From Mytilus trossulus (lineage: Eukaryota): DNA of 64,000 bases. Both the position numbers and the translations under genes were made by a program. The notes beneath the pieces are model-generated. The model was not told the DNA's origin, ran no database searches, and saw nothing but the letters and a program-made list of their open reading frames with translations. Shown here in pieces: positions 39,465-51,946 of the stretch (the stretch's first letter is position 1; every line of letters starts with the position of its first letter). The stretch is from assembly GCF_036588685.1 (NCBI RefSeq), contig NC_086373.1, positions 7,998,001 to 8,062,000 on the forward strand, written 5' to 3'.

Positions 39465-42400
39465 TAAGACCTCCCTCGGTTTTTGGTAGGGTTTGTTTAA
39501 TTAGGTATTTACTTTTCTGTGAAGTGTTTGCAGGCTGTTGTTTGTCTTTATACCTTCATTGAATGAAAGAATTAGTTCATATCAGACATGAATGTATTGT
39601 TTCGGTAACTGCGAGTATTCTTCGTACTATATTCTTTTTTTTGTGTTTGTTTTTCGCTATTCTGGTATTATAGATCAACAATTTAATGAACCAGATGCAG
39701 TTTTCTGTAACTAATGTTCCTTCAGTGATCCATGAGTGCTATCCAGTTGAACATCCAAAACCTAACACATACATTAAAGGCTTGATACAACCGAAAAGAC
39801 CCAAAACACTCTTCTGAGCGTATGTTCTTTGATATTCTACAAATAGCGATTTTAAGGGGTGTGGGTATACAAAAGTTAGTATAGAGCTGACTCATGTTCC
39901 AGTCGGCCTAACTGAGGAACCTTGTCAGCGGTGTTGTTTTAAAAAGCTTGTTTTGTCATTTAGTGAATTTTAAATTACTGGCCAACCTTTTTTTTAATTA
40001 ATAACTGGACGATTAAGAGCTTTACAAACTTTACAAAATTAGATTTTTGCTTTGAAGATTACGATTATAATTATAACTCACTTTTTCCACAAAGCTACGT
40101 AGTGGCACTATGAAGTTAAATGTTGATGTTGGGCGATATACATATTATACCAGGGGAAAACAGATTATGTTCTTGATGTAATATGAAAAGGTGTTGAAGA
40201 TAAGAACCATTTTACCTAGTGTGTCCTGTGTGGTGAATTGTACAGCTGCAGTTTTTACCAAACTACTACTGTTCGTGACCAAATATGACAAAGATTAGGT
40301 ATTTGTATCAAACAAAATCTAGATCTTTAGTTGGAAAATTGTGTAATTATTTCAATAGTGATGAGTACAATGGCAATATGTGTGAACGCCTTAAACGTAC
40401 ATTTGTGGGCTTTCTTCCTATTTGTTTACCCTTTCGTATGTATAGATATAAGTTATAGTTTTTCAAACTTATTTTGTATAAATTCATAACTCGGTTAGCG
40501 AACTCATCGTGTTAATGTTATAATACCAATGTATTAATTATCTATTTCTATTTTAAAACATTTCTTTTGAATTAAATATATATTCTCAAATGAATGTACT
40601 AAATAGATGTAAATGTTCATGACCATTGACACTTGCTCTATTGACATTAACCAGAAAAGGTAATGATTTGGGTATGTTTACTGAAAAATATTAAGAATGG
40701 ACTTATTGTATAGCGTCCCATTTCGCCAGTTTACTTTTATTATATCAAACAAAATAAATTTTGAAATGGAGAAGTCAAAAACAAAATCATCTTGTTTTGC
40801 TTTTTATATTTTAACAGAAATCTTGTTATCTTGGAGATATGGTATGATTACCAACAAGACAACTATCCACCAAAGTTCAAATGAAGTGGATGTAAGACCT
40901 CCCTCGGTTTTTGGTAGGGTTTGTTTAATTAGGTATTTACTTTTCTGTGAAGTGTTTGCAGGCTGTTGTTTGTCTTTATACCTTCATTGAATGAAAGAAT
41001 TAGTTCATATCAGACATGAATGTATTGTTTCGGTAACTGCGAGTATTCTTCGTACTATATTCTTTTTTTTGTGTTTGTTTTTCGCTATTCTGGTATTATA
41101 GATCAACAATTTAATGAACCAGATGCAGTTTTCTGTAACTAATGTTCCTTCAGTGATCCATGAGTGCTATCCAGTTGAACATCCAAAACCTAACACATAC
41201 ATTAAAGGCTTGATACAACCGAAAAGACCCAAAACACTCTTCTGAGCGTATGTTCTTTGATATTCTACAAATAGCGATTTTAAGGGGTGTGGGTATACAA
41301 AAGTTAGTATAGAGCTGACTCATGTTCCAGTCGGCCTAACTGAGGAACCTTGTCAGCGGTGTTGTTTTAAAAAGCTTGTTTTGTCATTTAGTGAATTTTA
41401 AATTACTGGCCAACCTTTTTTTTAATTAATAACTGGACGATTAAGAGCTTTACAAACTTTACAAAATTAGATTTTTGCTTTGAAGATTACGATTATAATT
41501 ATAACTCACTTTTTCCACAAAGCTACGTAGTGGCACTATGAAGTTAAATGTTGATGTTGGGCGATATACATATTATACCAGGGGAAAACAGATTATGTTC
41601 TTGATGTAATATGAAAAGGTGTTGAAGATAAGAACCATTTTACCTAGTGTGTCCTGTGTGGTGAATTGTACAGCTGCAGTTTTTACCAAACTACTACTGT
41701 CCGTGACCAAATATGACAAAGATTAGGTATTTGTATCAAACAAAATCTAGATCTTTAGTTGGAAAATTGTGTAATTATTTGAAATCGGCCTGGAAGATTA
41801 AATCACATCTAATTAATTGATTATTTGTCTATTGTAATATCTTATAATATTGTTCCCTGCTGTTTATTGTGTGTCACAATGTAAATATATGTGTGTTGCT
41901 ATAGCGTGTAACTACTGTTTTGCAAATAAAGAATTCATCCAAACTGTATTTATATTTGTATAACTTTCGTTGAGGACCACATCTTTGGGTTTTTGGTCTT
42001 TGGGTTGCTGTCCACTACGTTTATCCAACATTTACTTTTATTCATATAAACAATTATATATGCAAAAACTAGTATATATTTGTTTAGGGGCCAGATGAAG
42101 GACGCCTCCGGGTGCGGGAATTTCTCGCTACATTGAAGACCTGTTGGTGACCTTCTGCTGTTGTTTTTTTTATTTGGTCGGGTTGTTGTCTCTTTGACAC
42201 ATTCCCCATTTCCATTCCATCAATTTTATATATGCAAAAAACTTTGTACTGACCTGTTTTTTTAAATCTGAAGTACACGAACTGTTAGATCTGTACCTTT
42301 GAACACTCATAAATATTTGCAACGACAAGTCTTCACAATTATAAGCTATTTATACATTTAATAATTAAAACAAAATGAGACCAGCCAGCCAAAATATTTT

Positions 42401-42945
42401 TCAATAGTGATGAGTACAATGGCAATATGTGTGAACGCCTTAAACGTACATTTGTGGGCTTTCTTCCTATTTGTTTACCCTTTCGTATGTATAGATATAA
42501 GTTATAGTTTTTCAAACTTATTTTGTATAAATTCATAACTCGGTTAGCGAACTCATCGTGTTAATGTTATAATACCAATGTATTAATTATCTATTTCTAT
42601 TTTAAAACATTTCTTTTGAATTAAATATATATTCTCAAATGAATGTACTAAATAGATGTAAATGTTCATGACCATTGACACTTGCTCTATTGACATTAAC
42701 CAGAAAAGGTAATGATTTGGGTATGTTTACTGAAAAATATTAAGAATGGACTTATTGTATAGCGTCCCATTTCGCCAGTTTACTTTTATTATATCAAACA
42801 AAATAAATTTTGAAATGGAGAAGTCAAAAACAAAATCATCTTGTTTTGCTTTTTATATTTTAACAGAAATCTTGTTATCTTGGAGATATGGTATGATTAC
42901 CAACAAGACAACTATCCACCAAAGTTCAAATGAAGTGGATGTAAG
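39465..42945. repeat. Near-identical tandem duplication: 39465-40896 and 40893-42945 (1428-bp period; second copy has 621 extra bp at 41781-42401)
   Basis: Sequences match almost base for base; TAAG microhomology at the junction. Confidence 0.95.
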
Positions 42946-44281
42946 CAATAGATTCCACTTCGTAGTATTTCCCCCAGCCAGTGTTAATATGTTCCTGACT
43001 TCTGAATTAGTTCAAACCACCTATCATGTTCGTCTGTTTAATCTGTCTACAAAAAGACTTCTAATGGAACTATTTTCCGTTATGTAAAATTAAGAATGGA
43101 AATGGAGAATGTGGCAAAGAGACAACAACCCGTTCATAGAACAGACAGCAGCCGGACCCTAAACAAATATATATATCGTATACTAGTTCAGTGATAATGA
43201 ATGTCATACTTAACTCCGAATTATACACAATAAACTAAAATTAATATTCATACAAATCAAACCAAATACAAGACTAACAAAGGCCAGAGGCTCCTGTCTG
43301 GTGTTGATTTTCTTTATTTCCTGCATGGGGCGTTGTTCTTCATCAAAGTTTTCAATTGTATTGTAATGTCTGTAGATTAACCAGACAAAACAGCATTCTG
43401 ACTGACTTTAATAAACAGTGTGGCGCTATAGAACCAGTCTAAACCTATTTGCTTCGGTATTGGTCAGAAGATTTTTCATTTGAATTCCATATATTATGGT
43501 ATAGCGTTTTATTATATAACCCCAGATATCTGATTTTTGACCTTGGATTAGGAATGTTGAGTGAGTAAATACAATTGAAGTGCTAACTCGCTAAGTATCA
43601 ATTACATCGTTTAAAAAGACGGATTAAATTTTTTAAGACAAACACAAATTATAAGTCTCTTTTATGCAATATTCTGATTCGTTGGAATAAATGGTGTATT
43701 GATAAAACTATTTACGTCGAAAACATTATGCTTACATAAAACGTTAAGCAACATTGTTATCGTTAGAGCACTTTACAAGATAATTTTTTATATCAAATTT
43801 CACCAGGACTCTGACAGCTTCATAAACTTGTCCGAATTGGAAGACAGTCACTTAGCCTTCAAATGTTACAAACGTTTGAAACAAATATGTGGTTTAGAGT
43901 ATTAAACAAACACGGCCATTGTAGTCTGACCTTGGCTTAAGAATATTGAATAAGGTAATATATAGAGAAAAGCTAATTACAATTTTGATTGATCACACTA
44001 TAACAAGGTTGAATATACAGGTCTGTATTAAAACTCTGCATAACAATCTAAACGACTAAAACTTAATATTGAAAAAATAGGAATAAAAAATCCAGACCCA
44101 TATGATAACTTCTGTGAGTTAAACGGGGTTCCTACTGTAAGTGATCGTCGTGTTTATTGTTATTTTCATGCATTCGTCTACAAATCCTCCTTATACAGTA
44201 TTCAGTATACTTATTAAATTGGGAAATGCTTGCCCCTCTAGAGCACTGTAGTTCGTCCCTAGTTAAAAGTGGAGTTCATGA

Positions 44282-44390
44282 CACTCGCACCCACAAAGTG
44301 GAAAGGGATTAACATAAGTTGCAAAACTTGTTTCCCAATCCACTATAAATAAATATGTTTAAACTATAAACTATAAACTATAACTATAAA
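44282..44390 (+). mobile_element. 5'-truncated retroposon (SINE/LINE tail) with (AAACTAT)n tail and 11-bp TSD GGAGTTCATGA
   Basis: TSD at 44271-44281 and 44391-44401; AATAAA before the tandem tail. Confidence 0.8.
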
Positions 44391-47300
44391 GGAGTTCATG
44401 AAGAATTTTTCTGTTTTTCTTATTTTCCCTTAACCGTTTTCAGGGTAGACTTAAGCTCTTATTTAATAGTAATGCCAAAATTCCAAATTGAGGCGTTTAT
44501 GGTAGTGTTTACAGTTTTACATTTGAACTTATTTTCATCACAAAAGTTTAAACAGAATTATGAATGGAATTATTTTCATTGAACCTACACATACATGTAG
44601 CACCCGGTATAAAACGCTCCTTACAAGAAGCAAGTAATAAAATAAATAAAAATATAAAAAACGCGAGTGCTCGCCATTAATTTTAAATGTATGTAAACCT
44701 ATATTTATATCTTGGATAAATATAGTATATTCAAAGTTACTGTAAAAACAACATATTAAGAATTTAATTGAAAACGTTTATTGATGTGAATAAAAGCTTA
44801 AAACATCAAAACGACTGAGCACTTTAAATATCAGGTACATTGAGTGTAAATTTTATTCAACAAATGTCATAAAAAGGAAATATTGATGATTAAACTCGAA
44901 CTCATCAGATATACGAGCCAACCCTTAAACTTTGTATATCTAGAATATTTAAAACGACTGTACTTGGGTGCTATGAAAAACCAAACACATGTAAAAATTC
45001 CTAGCAGTTTTAGGCATAGACACTTGCACAATATCCTTCCTCGTCGAGTCTGTTTACTCTCTTCTCTTCGCTAGATCTAATTTTTCATCAAAAAAAAAAT
45101 TACACCTTTTTTCTTTTTGTTTTGTTAACACATCGTTGTTAATATATTGGTTTCTATGCGACTGTAATAAAAGTGGGATATTTAGCTAGCTATTAAACCA
45201 GGTTTAATCAACCATTGTGTACATACAAAATGCCTGTACGTGACCATGTCAGGAATATGACAGTTGTTATCCATTTGTTTGGTGTATTTGATCTTTTGTA
45301 TTTTGCCCTTTTCTGTATAAAAAAGTTCACTATTTGTTGTTTTTAACTTTTTTCTTATTTTCAAAACCCATTTTGTCAAATGAAGATGCGAAAGATACTA
45401 AACGAATTCAGCAGTTGAAATACTGAGCAACACGAACCCCACAAAAAACCAGGAGTGATAATAGCAGCCTGAGTCCATCTTTGGGAAACGTAGCGGGCAA
45501 TCTAAACAAATATACTCATATTTCTATTCTCAGAGCCAACTTGACCTAAACTTCACAGAATAAACTCCATGTATCATCTGAGAACTTAATTTCTGTATAT
45601 CACTATGAATCTAGAAAGATGTTCTTTTGAGAAAGAAAAAAAACCAAATGGTATTGAAATTTGTTATCCTCAACATTAATTAGTAGTCATTGACATTATT
45701 ACAATGTAAATCTAATTGTTTAATTTTCGAAGGGATGCATGAAAACGCCACTGAACCTGACTTGAGTTGAGAGGTGATACAAAGCATAAAGACAGAAGAT
45801 TGGTTGCGAAATAAAGGTGCGTTTTCAAATGGTGAGTTTGATTATCCTTTTGGTATATTTCGCCTCTTACTTTCAAAAACGGGTTTAAAAAAAAATTAAA
45901 AAATTGTGCCATGAATAAAACATCCATGCAATTTCGAGTATCTAAGAATAATGTAGATACCAGCCTCTCATTTCAATTCTTTTATCAACCTTTACAGTTC
46001 AACTTTTGCCCATGAGTCTTCAAATTATTCAAGATTTACACCGTCCATATATTAATAGTTTATACAGCATGGGGTTTCAGTATATATAAAAGTGTAATAA
46101 TGGAACCAGCTGTCAAGTGTCGTAGTTTATAAAGTACTGGTCTAAATAAATAACGTAAACATTAGTACAGACAAGAATTTGATGAAAATCGAAAGGGATA
46201 AATTGTCATAACAAATTAATATTTAGACAAAAGTTAAATTGTTCTTCCTGGTCATTTAAATATCTGATAGGAATTCTAAGTCTTAGTTTCTTTCGAATGA
46301 AAAAGCTTTAGATGAATTATCACGATTAACATCCATTCGTACTTTGTCCTCTAAAGGAGAAAACTTATCTGTCAGACATAATTAATATTTATCTTGATAA
46401 ACTAGTATTACATACTTAAGCTAAAGAGTTAAATCTATAGCCGACTTGAACTACATCTGATATTACAGTTAATTTGAACCTCAGCTTTTCGACTTCCTTC
46501 TTGGTGGCAAACAATATACTGTCTGATGTACATGTGTGAAGGTTTAGACACTGATCTTTGAATCAACGTACAAAGCTTCTTGTTATGTCATACATTCAGA
46601 CGCATTTTCAGTTCCAAAATCTATGTTGGGATGAATATCCTTGTAAGAAAAAGAAAAAAATGAACTTCGAGGAAATTCTGAAACGGAAAGTCCGTAATCA
46701 AAAAGCAATATCCAAAGCTCAAATAAATCAAACGAATGGATAACAACTGTCATATTCCTGACTTGGTACAGACATTTCCTTATTTATAAAATGGTGGTTA
46801 AAACCTGCTTTTAAAGCTAACTTAATCTCTCACTTGTATGACAATCGCAGAAAATGAATGCTTTGCAACACAAAATACAGAAAACAATTAGTTAAAAAGT
46901 TATAATAAATTTTCCAAAGAATATTTAATGTTCGGGTCCTGCTTTCACATACATGTATCTTAAACTAATACTAATCAATTGTATTTGAACCAGAATGACA
47001 AGAAAGTTTGTTCTTCAAAACTTCATAAACAAACGATGACAAAAAAATACAAATTTAGCTTCAAAACGAGATCTGATTACAATTTATGTCATTTGTATTG
47101 TTATCTTTTAAAACAGAATTAATAACAATTAGGTGTCAGACCCCCTACAAAGAACTGTTAAAACATGAATGTGATACTTACTAGTATATGTTTAAAACTG
47201 TATTGTGTGTCAAGACCAGCAAGTTAACGCCATCTATAAAGCAGTATCTATGCCGTTCAAAATAAAAGATATCGAACGACAATTAAAATACGAAATCGGA

Positions 47301-47432
47301 AAAGAACAGACAAAACCATTGCATAAAGAAAAGGGCAAAACCGTGATGGCAGATTCGATATGATACATTTCTTGAAAAATAATCAAAATAGACATCAGAA
47401 TTTCCTGTGTGTAGGGATGATAGTCAATAAGA

Positions 47433-47593
47433 ATATATATTTAACATTAACATATATATTTAACATTAACATATATATTTAACATTAACATATATTTAAC
47501 ATTAACATTAACATATATTTAACATTAACATATATATTTAACATTAACATATATATTTAACATTAACATATATTTAACATTAACATGAACATA
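47433..47593. repeat. AT-rich ~19-bp minisatellite (atatatatttaacattaac)n
   Basis: Seen directly. Confidence 0.95.
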
Positions 47594-47599
47594 TGCACT

Positions 47600-47972
47600 C
47601 TGACTTTTAGTGTGCGTATTTTAATGCGTTTACTTTTCTAAATTGGCTAGAGGTATAGGGGAGGTTTGATATCTCATAAACATGTTTACCCCCCCCCCCC
47701 CCCCCCCGCATTTTTTCGCCTGTCCCAAGTCAGGAGTCTCTGGCCTTTGTTAGTCTTGTATTATTTTTTATTTTAGTTTCTTGTGTACAATTTGAAGTTT
47801 AGTATGGCGTTCATTGTCACTGAACTAGTATATATATATTTGTTTAGGGGTCAGCTGACGCCTCCGGGTGCGGGAATTCCTCTCTGCATTGAAGACCTGT
47901 TGGTGACCTTCTGTTGTTCTATGGCCGGGTTGTTGTCTCTTTGACAGATTCCCCATTTCCATTCTCAATTTT
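47600..47972 (-). mobile_element. Interspersed repeat family B copy (others ~42070-42225 -, 43095-43300 +, 60030-60305 -, 62488-62580 +)
   Basis: Recurring gaatggaaatggggaatgtgtcaaagagacaacaacccg…caggtcttcaatg. Confidence 0.8.
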
Positions 47973-48509
47973 ATATACCGTTTCATTCAGAATAAATGTT
48001 CTTTGTTAATTTCTCTACTGTATCACTATAGCTAGTCGGTCAAGTTATTAAGCCCGAACCCAGCACGTTGCAGTTGCGTTTGACTCCAATCTAAATGGAA
48101 TAGAATTGCAAGTTGTTTTTTCCCTTTTTTCCGGTTTTCTTTACCGATAAAAAACTGGCCAATATGGTCAATAATTCTGACAGTGGTGTTAAACACCAAA
48201 TATCTGTCAATCATTCATTTAGATTGAGAAATACAATAAAAGAACTGTGTAAATGCTTTCAGTATTGTGGCATTTTTCAAGTGCGCATAATGATCTTATA
48301 TCATAAATTGGTACACAATAACCTTTATCATTTCTTATATAAAATCCCCAGAAATTAAGTTTGAATTATGAGACACTTTGTTTAAATTGATACAATTAGA
48401 CATAGGAGTTACGAATTACAGTATTATATCTTATACAATCCTATATTTCATCAGAAATACACACAGTTTGAAATGTAATATTTGTTACTTCCATAATCGT
48501 ATAATATTT

Positions 48510-48760
48510 CATCAGAAATAGACACTCCTGAATTATTAATGCTCAATTTGATTTCAAATAGACACAAAATCAATAACTTTAGTGCCATTTCAATAAGAGG
48601 ACGTTCCGCAAAGTACTTATAAATGACTTTCATAAAGTGATTGACGGAAGAATTATGGATTTGGATTATTTCCAGCAGGTGGGATTTAAAAAAGTAAACA
48701 AATAATATCATGTGTGTCAGTACATTTAAGGACGTGGGATTTAAAATATTCTCAGTTTCA
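48510..48760 (+). promoter_or_regulatory. Conserved upstream module of paralog 2 (shared with 55550-55790)
   Basis: cagaaatagacactcc, ttccagcag, GTAAACAA, acatttaaggac in the same order as upstream of paralog 3. Confidence 0.65.
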
Positions 48761-48829
48761 TAAATTTAACAGAAGAGATAAGACCTCGAATTTAAACATA
48801 AAAAACATACCAGCAAAACTTTATTGAAG

Positions 48830-49171
48830 ATGACGACATTATCCTTTGCATCAGATATATTCAAGACAGTTCTCGGAGAAATAGACAGTAAATATATTGA
48901 TACTGATAGTATGACGTGGAAAGCTTCCGGAGACAGTGACGACAGCTCAGACGAAAACTTCAGTCAAAGAAGACATTCTTTACCAGAGACAAATAAAAAT
49001 CATCCTTATAAAAGCGAAGGCAAAAGGCGGAGAAGCGTTCAATGGATCGATGAGTGTGAAAAGTTACCTTTAGCATCAGAAAGCAGACGACCATCTTTTG
49101 GGAAATCAAACGCAGAACCTAAACCGATTTTGAAGCATAAAGCAAACTGTTTTATTATTGTATCAGAATGA
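48830..49171 (+). CDS. Small intronless putative PP1-interacting protein, paralog 2 (113 aa; RSVQW, KPILK)
   Basis: True ATG at 48830 (the ORF track starts at TTG 48824); clear homology to paralog 3 (VQWIDEC, PLASE, PILK, ANC.I.VSE). Confidence 0.85.
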   Translation: MTTLSFASDIFKTVLGEIDSKYIDTDSMTWKASGDSDDSSDENFSQRRHSLPETNKNHPYKSEGKRRRSVQWIDECEKLPLASESRRPSFGKSNAEPKPILKHKANCFIIVSE

Positions 49172-50074
49172 ATCAAAACTGGACATCAATTCTTATATGA
49201 GGAACAACCAAAGATATAGACACTCGCATGAAGTAGTGTTAAGTGAAATATCATGGTCTGAGGAAGACATAGACACTCGCATCAGGATTTTTAATGGCTA
49301 TTACAGTGTTATGGTCCCACAAAACAGACACTCTCCAGGTTGTTTGTAGTCGCAATAGTAGCATCATGATCCGACGACGAAGACAAATAAATCTGAACAC
49401 TGTCAATATAATGGTGCTTTGTAACATTAACGTTGATTATTAGGTAAAAACCTAGTTAATATGAATAGAACGTTTCATTCATAGTGAACTGTTCGTGTGC
49501 TGACTGCTTTAAATCAGTTTAATACTTGCCACTGGACTTTAAAGAACTAAATACTTATCAATCAAATATTAGTTAATGCTGAGGAAGTTTGATGTAGTTA
49601 TACAAATTATCATTGATCTCAGGTATTACCAAGTGTGCAATTTTTATTATATTTTTTGTTCCTGTTATGTAGCAAAATCTTATGTATTTATTCATATGAA
49701 TAATAAAATGTATTTTTTATATTTATATTTAAGCTGCTTTTTATTCTTCATAACTAGTTATTTGTCTCCCACAATTATTAATTGACATGATTTCCCAAAA
49801 CCCAGAGGAAACAGTATGTACACTTCATTTTAATGGTCATATACATATATGTGTATATAAATTGAGGAATGCGATTTCCCAGTTCTAACCAGTAGATCCC
49901 TCACAAATAAACCCGATGCTTCACTTTGGCGAGGGTGTCAATCGGCCAGCTTGAAGAATAACCATATTTATACACCCAGGCAGCCCTTTGGTTTCATATT
50001 GAATGCATAGTCCCTTGTTCGTTGTTGGAGGATATGTTAAACGTAAGATAGTCATTTTTGTCGTTTGGTTGCTG

Positions 50075-50335
50075 CCTCTTTGACGAATAGACCACAATTC
50101 AATTTATTCATTTTGTTGTCGTTTGTTTGCTGTCACTTTGATGATTACACTACATCTCATTTTATTCATTTTGTTGTCGTTTGTTTGCCGTCTCTTTGCA
50201 TGATGATCACACTACATCTCATTTTATTCATTTTGTTGTCGTTTGTTTGCCGTCTCTTTGATGATCACACTACATCTCAATTTATTCATTTTGTTGTCGT
50301 TTGGTTGCTGTCTCTTTGATGATTACACGACATTT
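50075..50335. repeat. ~60-bp tandem repeat, ~4.5 copies (ttttgttgtcgtttgtttgccgtctctttgatgatcacactacatctcattttattca)
   Basis: Seen directly. Confidence 0.92.
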
Positions 50336-51550
50336 CCTTTTATTTATAAGTGTACTAGGGAAAATGACAGATATTTTTAAGTTATTGCAAGGGTTGATAT
50401 GATAAAAATAGATTAGGGTAAAACTTCAGGAGACCGCCTCCCATCAGTTCAGATAATATTAATAAAATATCCAGAGGTCAACATACGGACTCGTCAATGT
50501 GAAATTTTCTTAGGATCGACACCAAATAATTTTTGAATCGGTTTTTGAAACTGCCTTGGTGTCAAGTAAATTTGTTACTTTTTAAAATACATGTGTTTTT
50601 AAGCTTATAGTATCGTTGGCATATTGATTCTTAAACCACTACCCCGAACATATTTATAATAAATAAATAAAAACTATAACTATCTTTACAAGGAGGTTGC
50701 TTGTTGAATTTCATTTAATTAGAGATAATAACAAAAGTTTTCCTTATTCGTATGGGTTTACAAATGATGATTTGTATTCATTTACTGTAGAAAGATGCCA
50801 TTGTCCTGAATTTAAATAAATAATAAAGTATATTTTTCATGTCGGAAAACAATTTCTATACAGTCTACCAGCCATTTTTCAAGGTTATCTAAAATTCCAA
50901 AATGACTAGAAATGCAAAGTGTAAAAATTTGACATTGTCCCACTAACAATTCCAACTTAATAGAAATTCGGCATTGTCCTTTTAAAAAGACAAACAGCTT
51001 AGTAAGGATAATCAAACAAATCTGTTATTCTGTAATGTAAGCAAACATGGCTATTTTAGACGATATTAGCCTTAAAAGTGGATAAAACAAGAGTTGATTA
51101 AAATTATAATACATCACATAGTTAAACATAAAAAGTCTGAGAGCATTAATAGACTGCCATATGTAGAGTTAACGCATCAACTACAAACCAGACATAGACC
51201 GTTGGTGTTCCCGTTTGAATGGTTTTACACTAGTAATTTTGGGGCCCTTTATAGCTTGTTGTTCGGTGTGAGCCAAGGCTCCGTGTTGAAGGCCGTACTT
51301 TAACCTATAATGGTTTACCTATTAAATTGTTAATTGGATGGAGAGTTGTCTCATTGGCACTCACACCACATCTTCCTATATCTATATCAACGAAAAGAAG
51401 AAGAAAAACCAAACCACAAAATATTACAGCTCAGTACAATTTACTAGCCCACCAAACAATCAACATTGTTTTTTAAGAAGAAGATGGTTCTTAGAATTTA
51501 GCGACATGCGTTTTTTTTTAACTTAGGTCTAGACATTAGATGTGACGCTT

Positions 51551-51946
51551 TTCACTCATTAGTTACCCAACGGTGGAGTCTTTCACTCATTAGATACCCA
51601 ACGGTGGAGTCTTTCACTTATTAGATACCCAACGGTGGAGTCTTTCACTCATTAGATACCCAACGGTGGAGTCTTTCACTCATTAGATACCCAACGGTGG
51701 AGTCTTTCACTCATTAGATACCCAACGGTGGAGTCTTGAAATGAATTAGATACCCAACGGTGGAGTCTTGAAATGAATTAGATACCCAACGGTGGAGTCT
51801 TTCACTCATTAGATACCCAACGGTGGAGTCTTGAAATGAATTACGACTCTTTTCACTCATTAGATACCCAACGGTGGAGTCTTGAAATGAATTATGACGC
51901 TTTTCATTCATTAGATACCCAACGGTGGAGTCTTGAAATGAATTAT
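51551..51946. repeat. 31/32-bp minisatellite (ttcactcattagatacccaacggtggagtct), 11 cores, grading into 51-bp units
   Basis: Seen directly. Confidence 0.95.

Noticed and set aside
40697-43087. Two ORFs with identical N-termini (MDLLYSVPF…)
   Set aside because: By-product of the tandem duplication; they run into repeat sequence and show no protein-like features
51551-51946. CRISPR-like array of ~31-bp repeats
   Set aside because: No unique spacers (units are contiguous), eukaryotic context and no cas genes; it is a minisatellite
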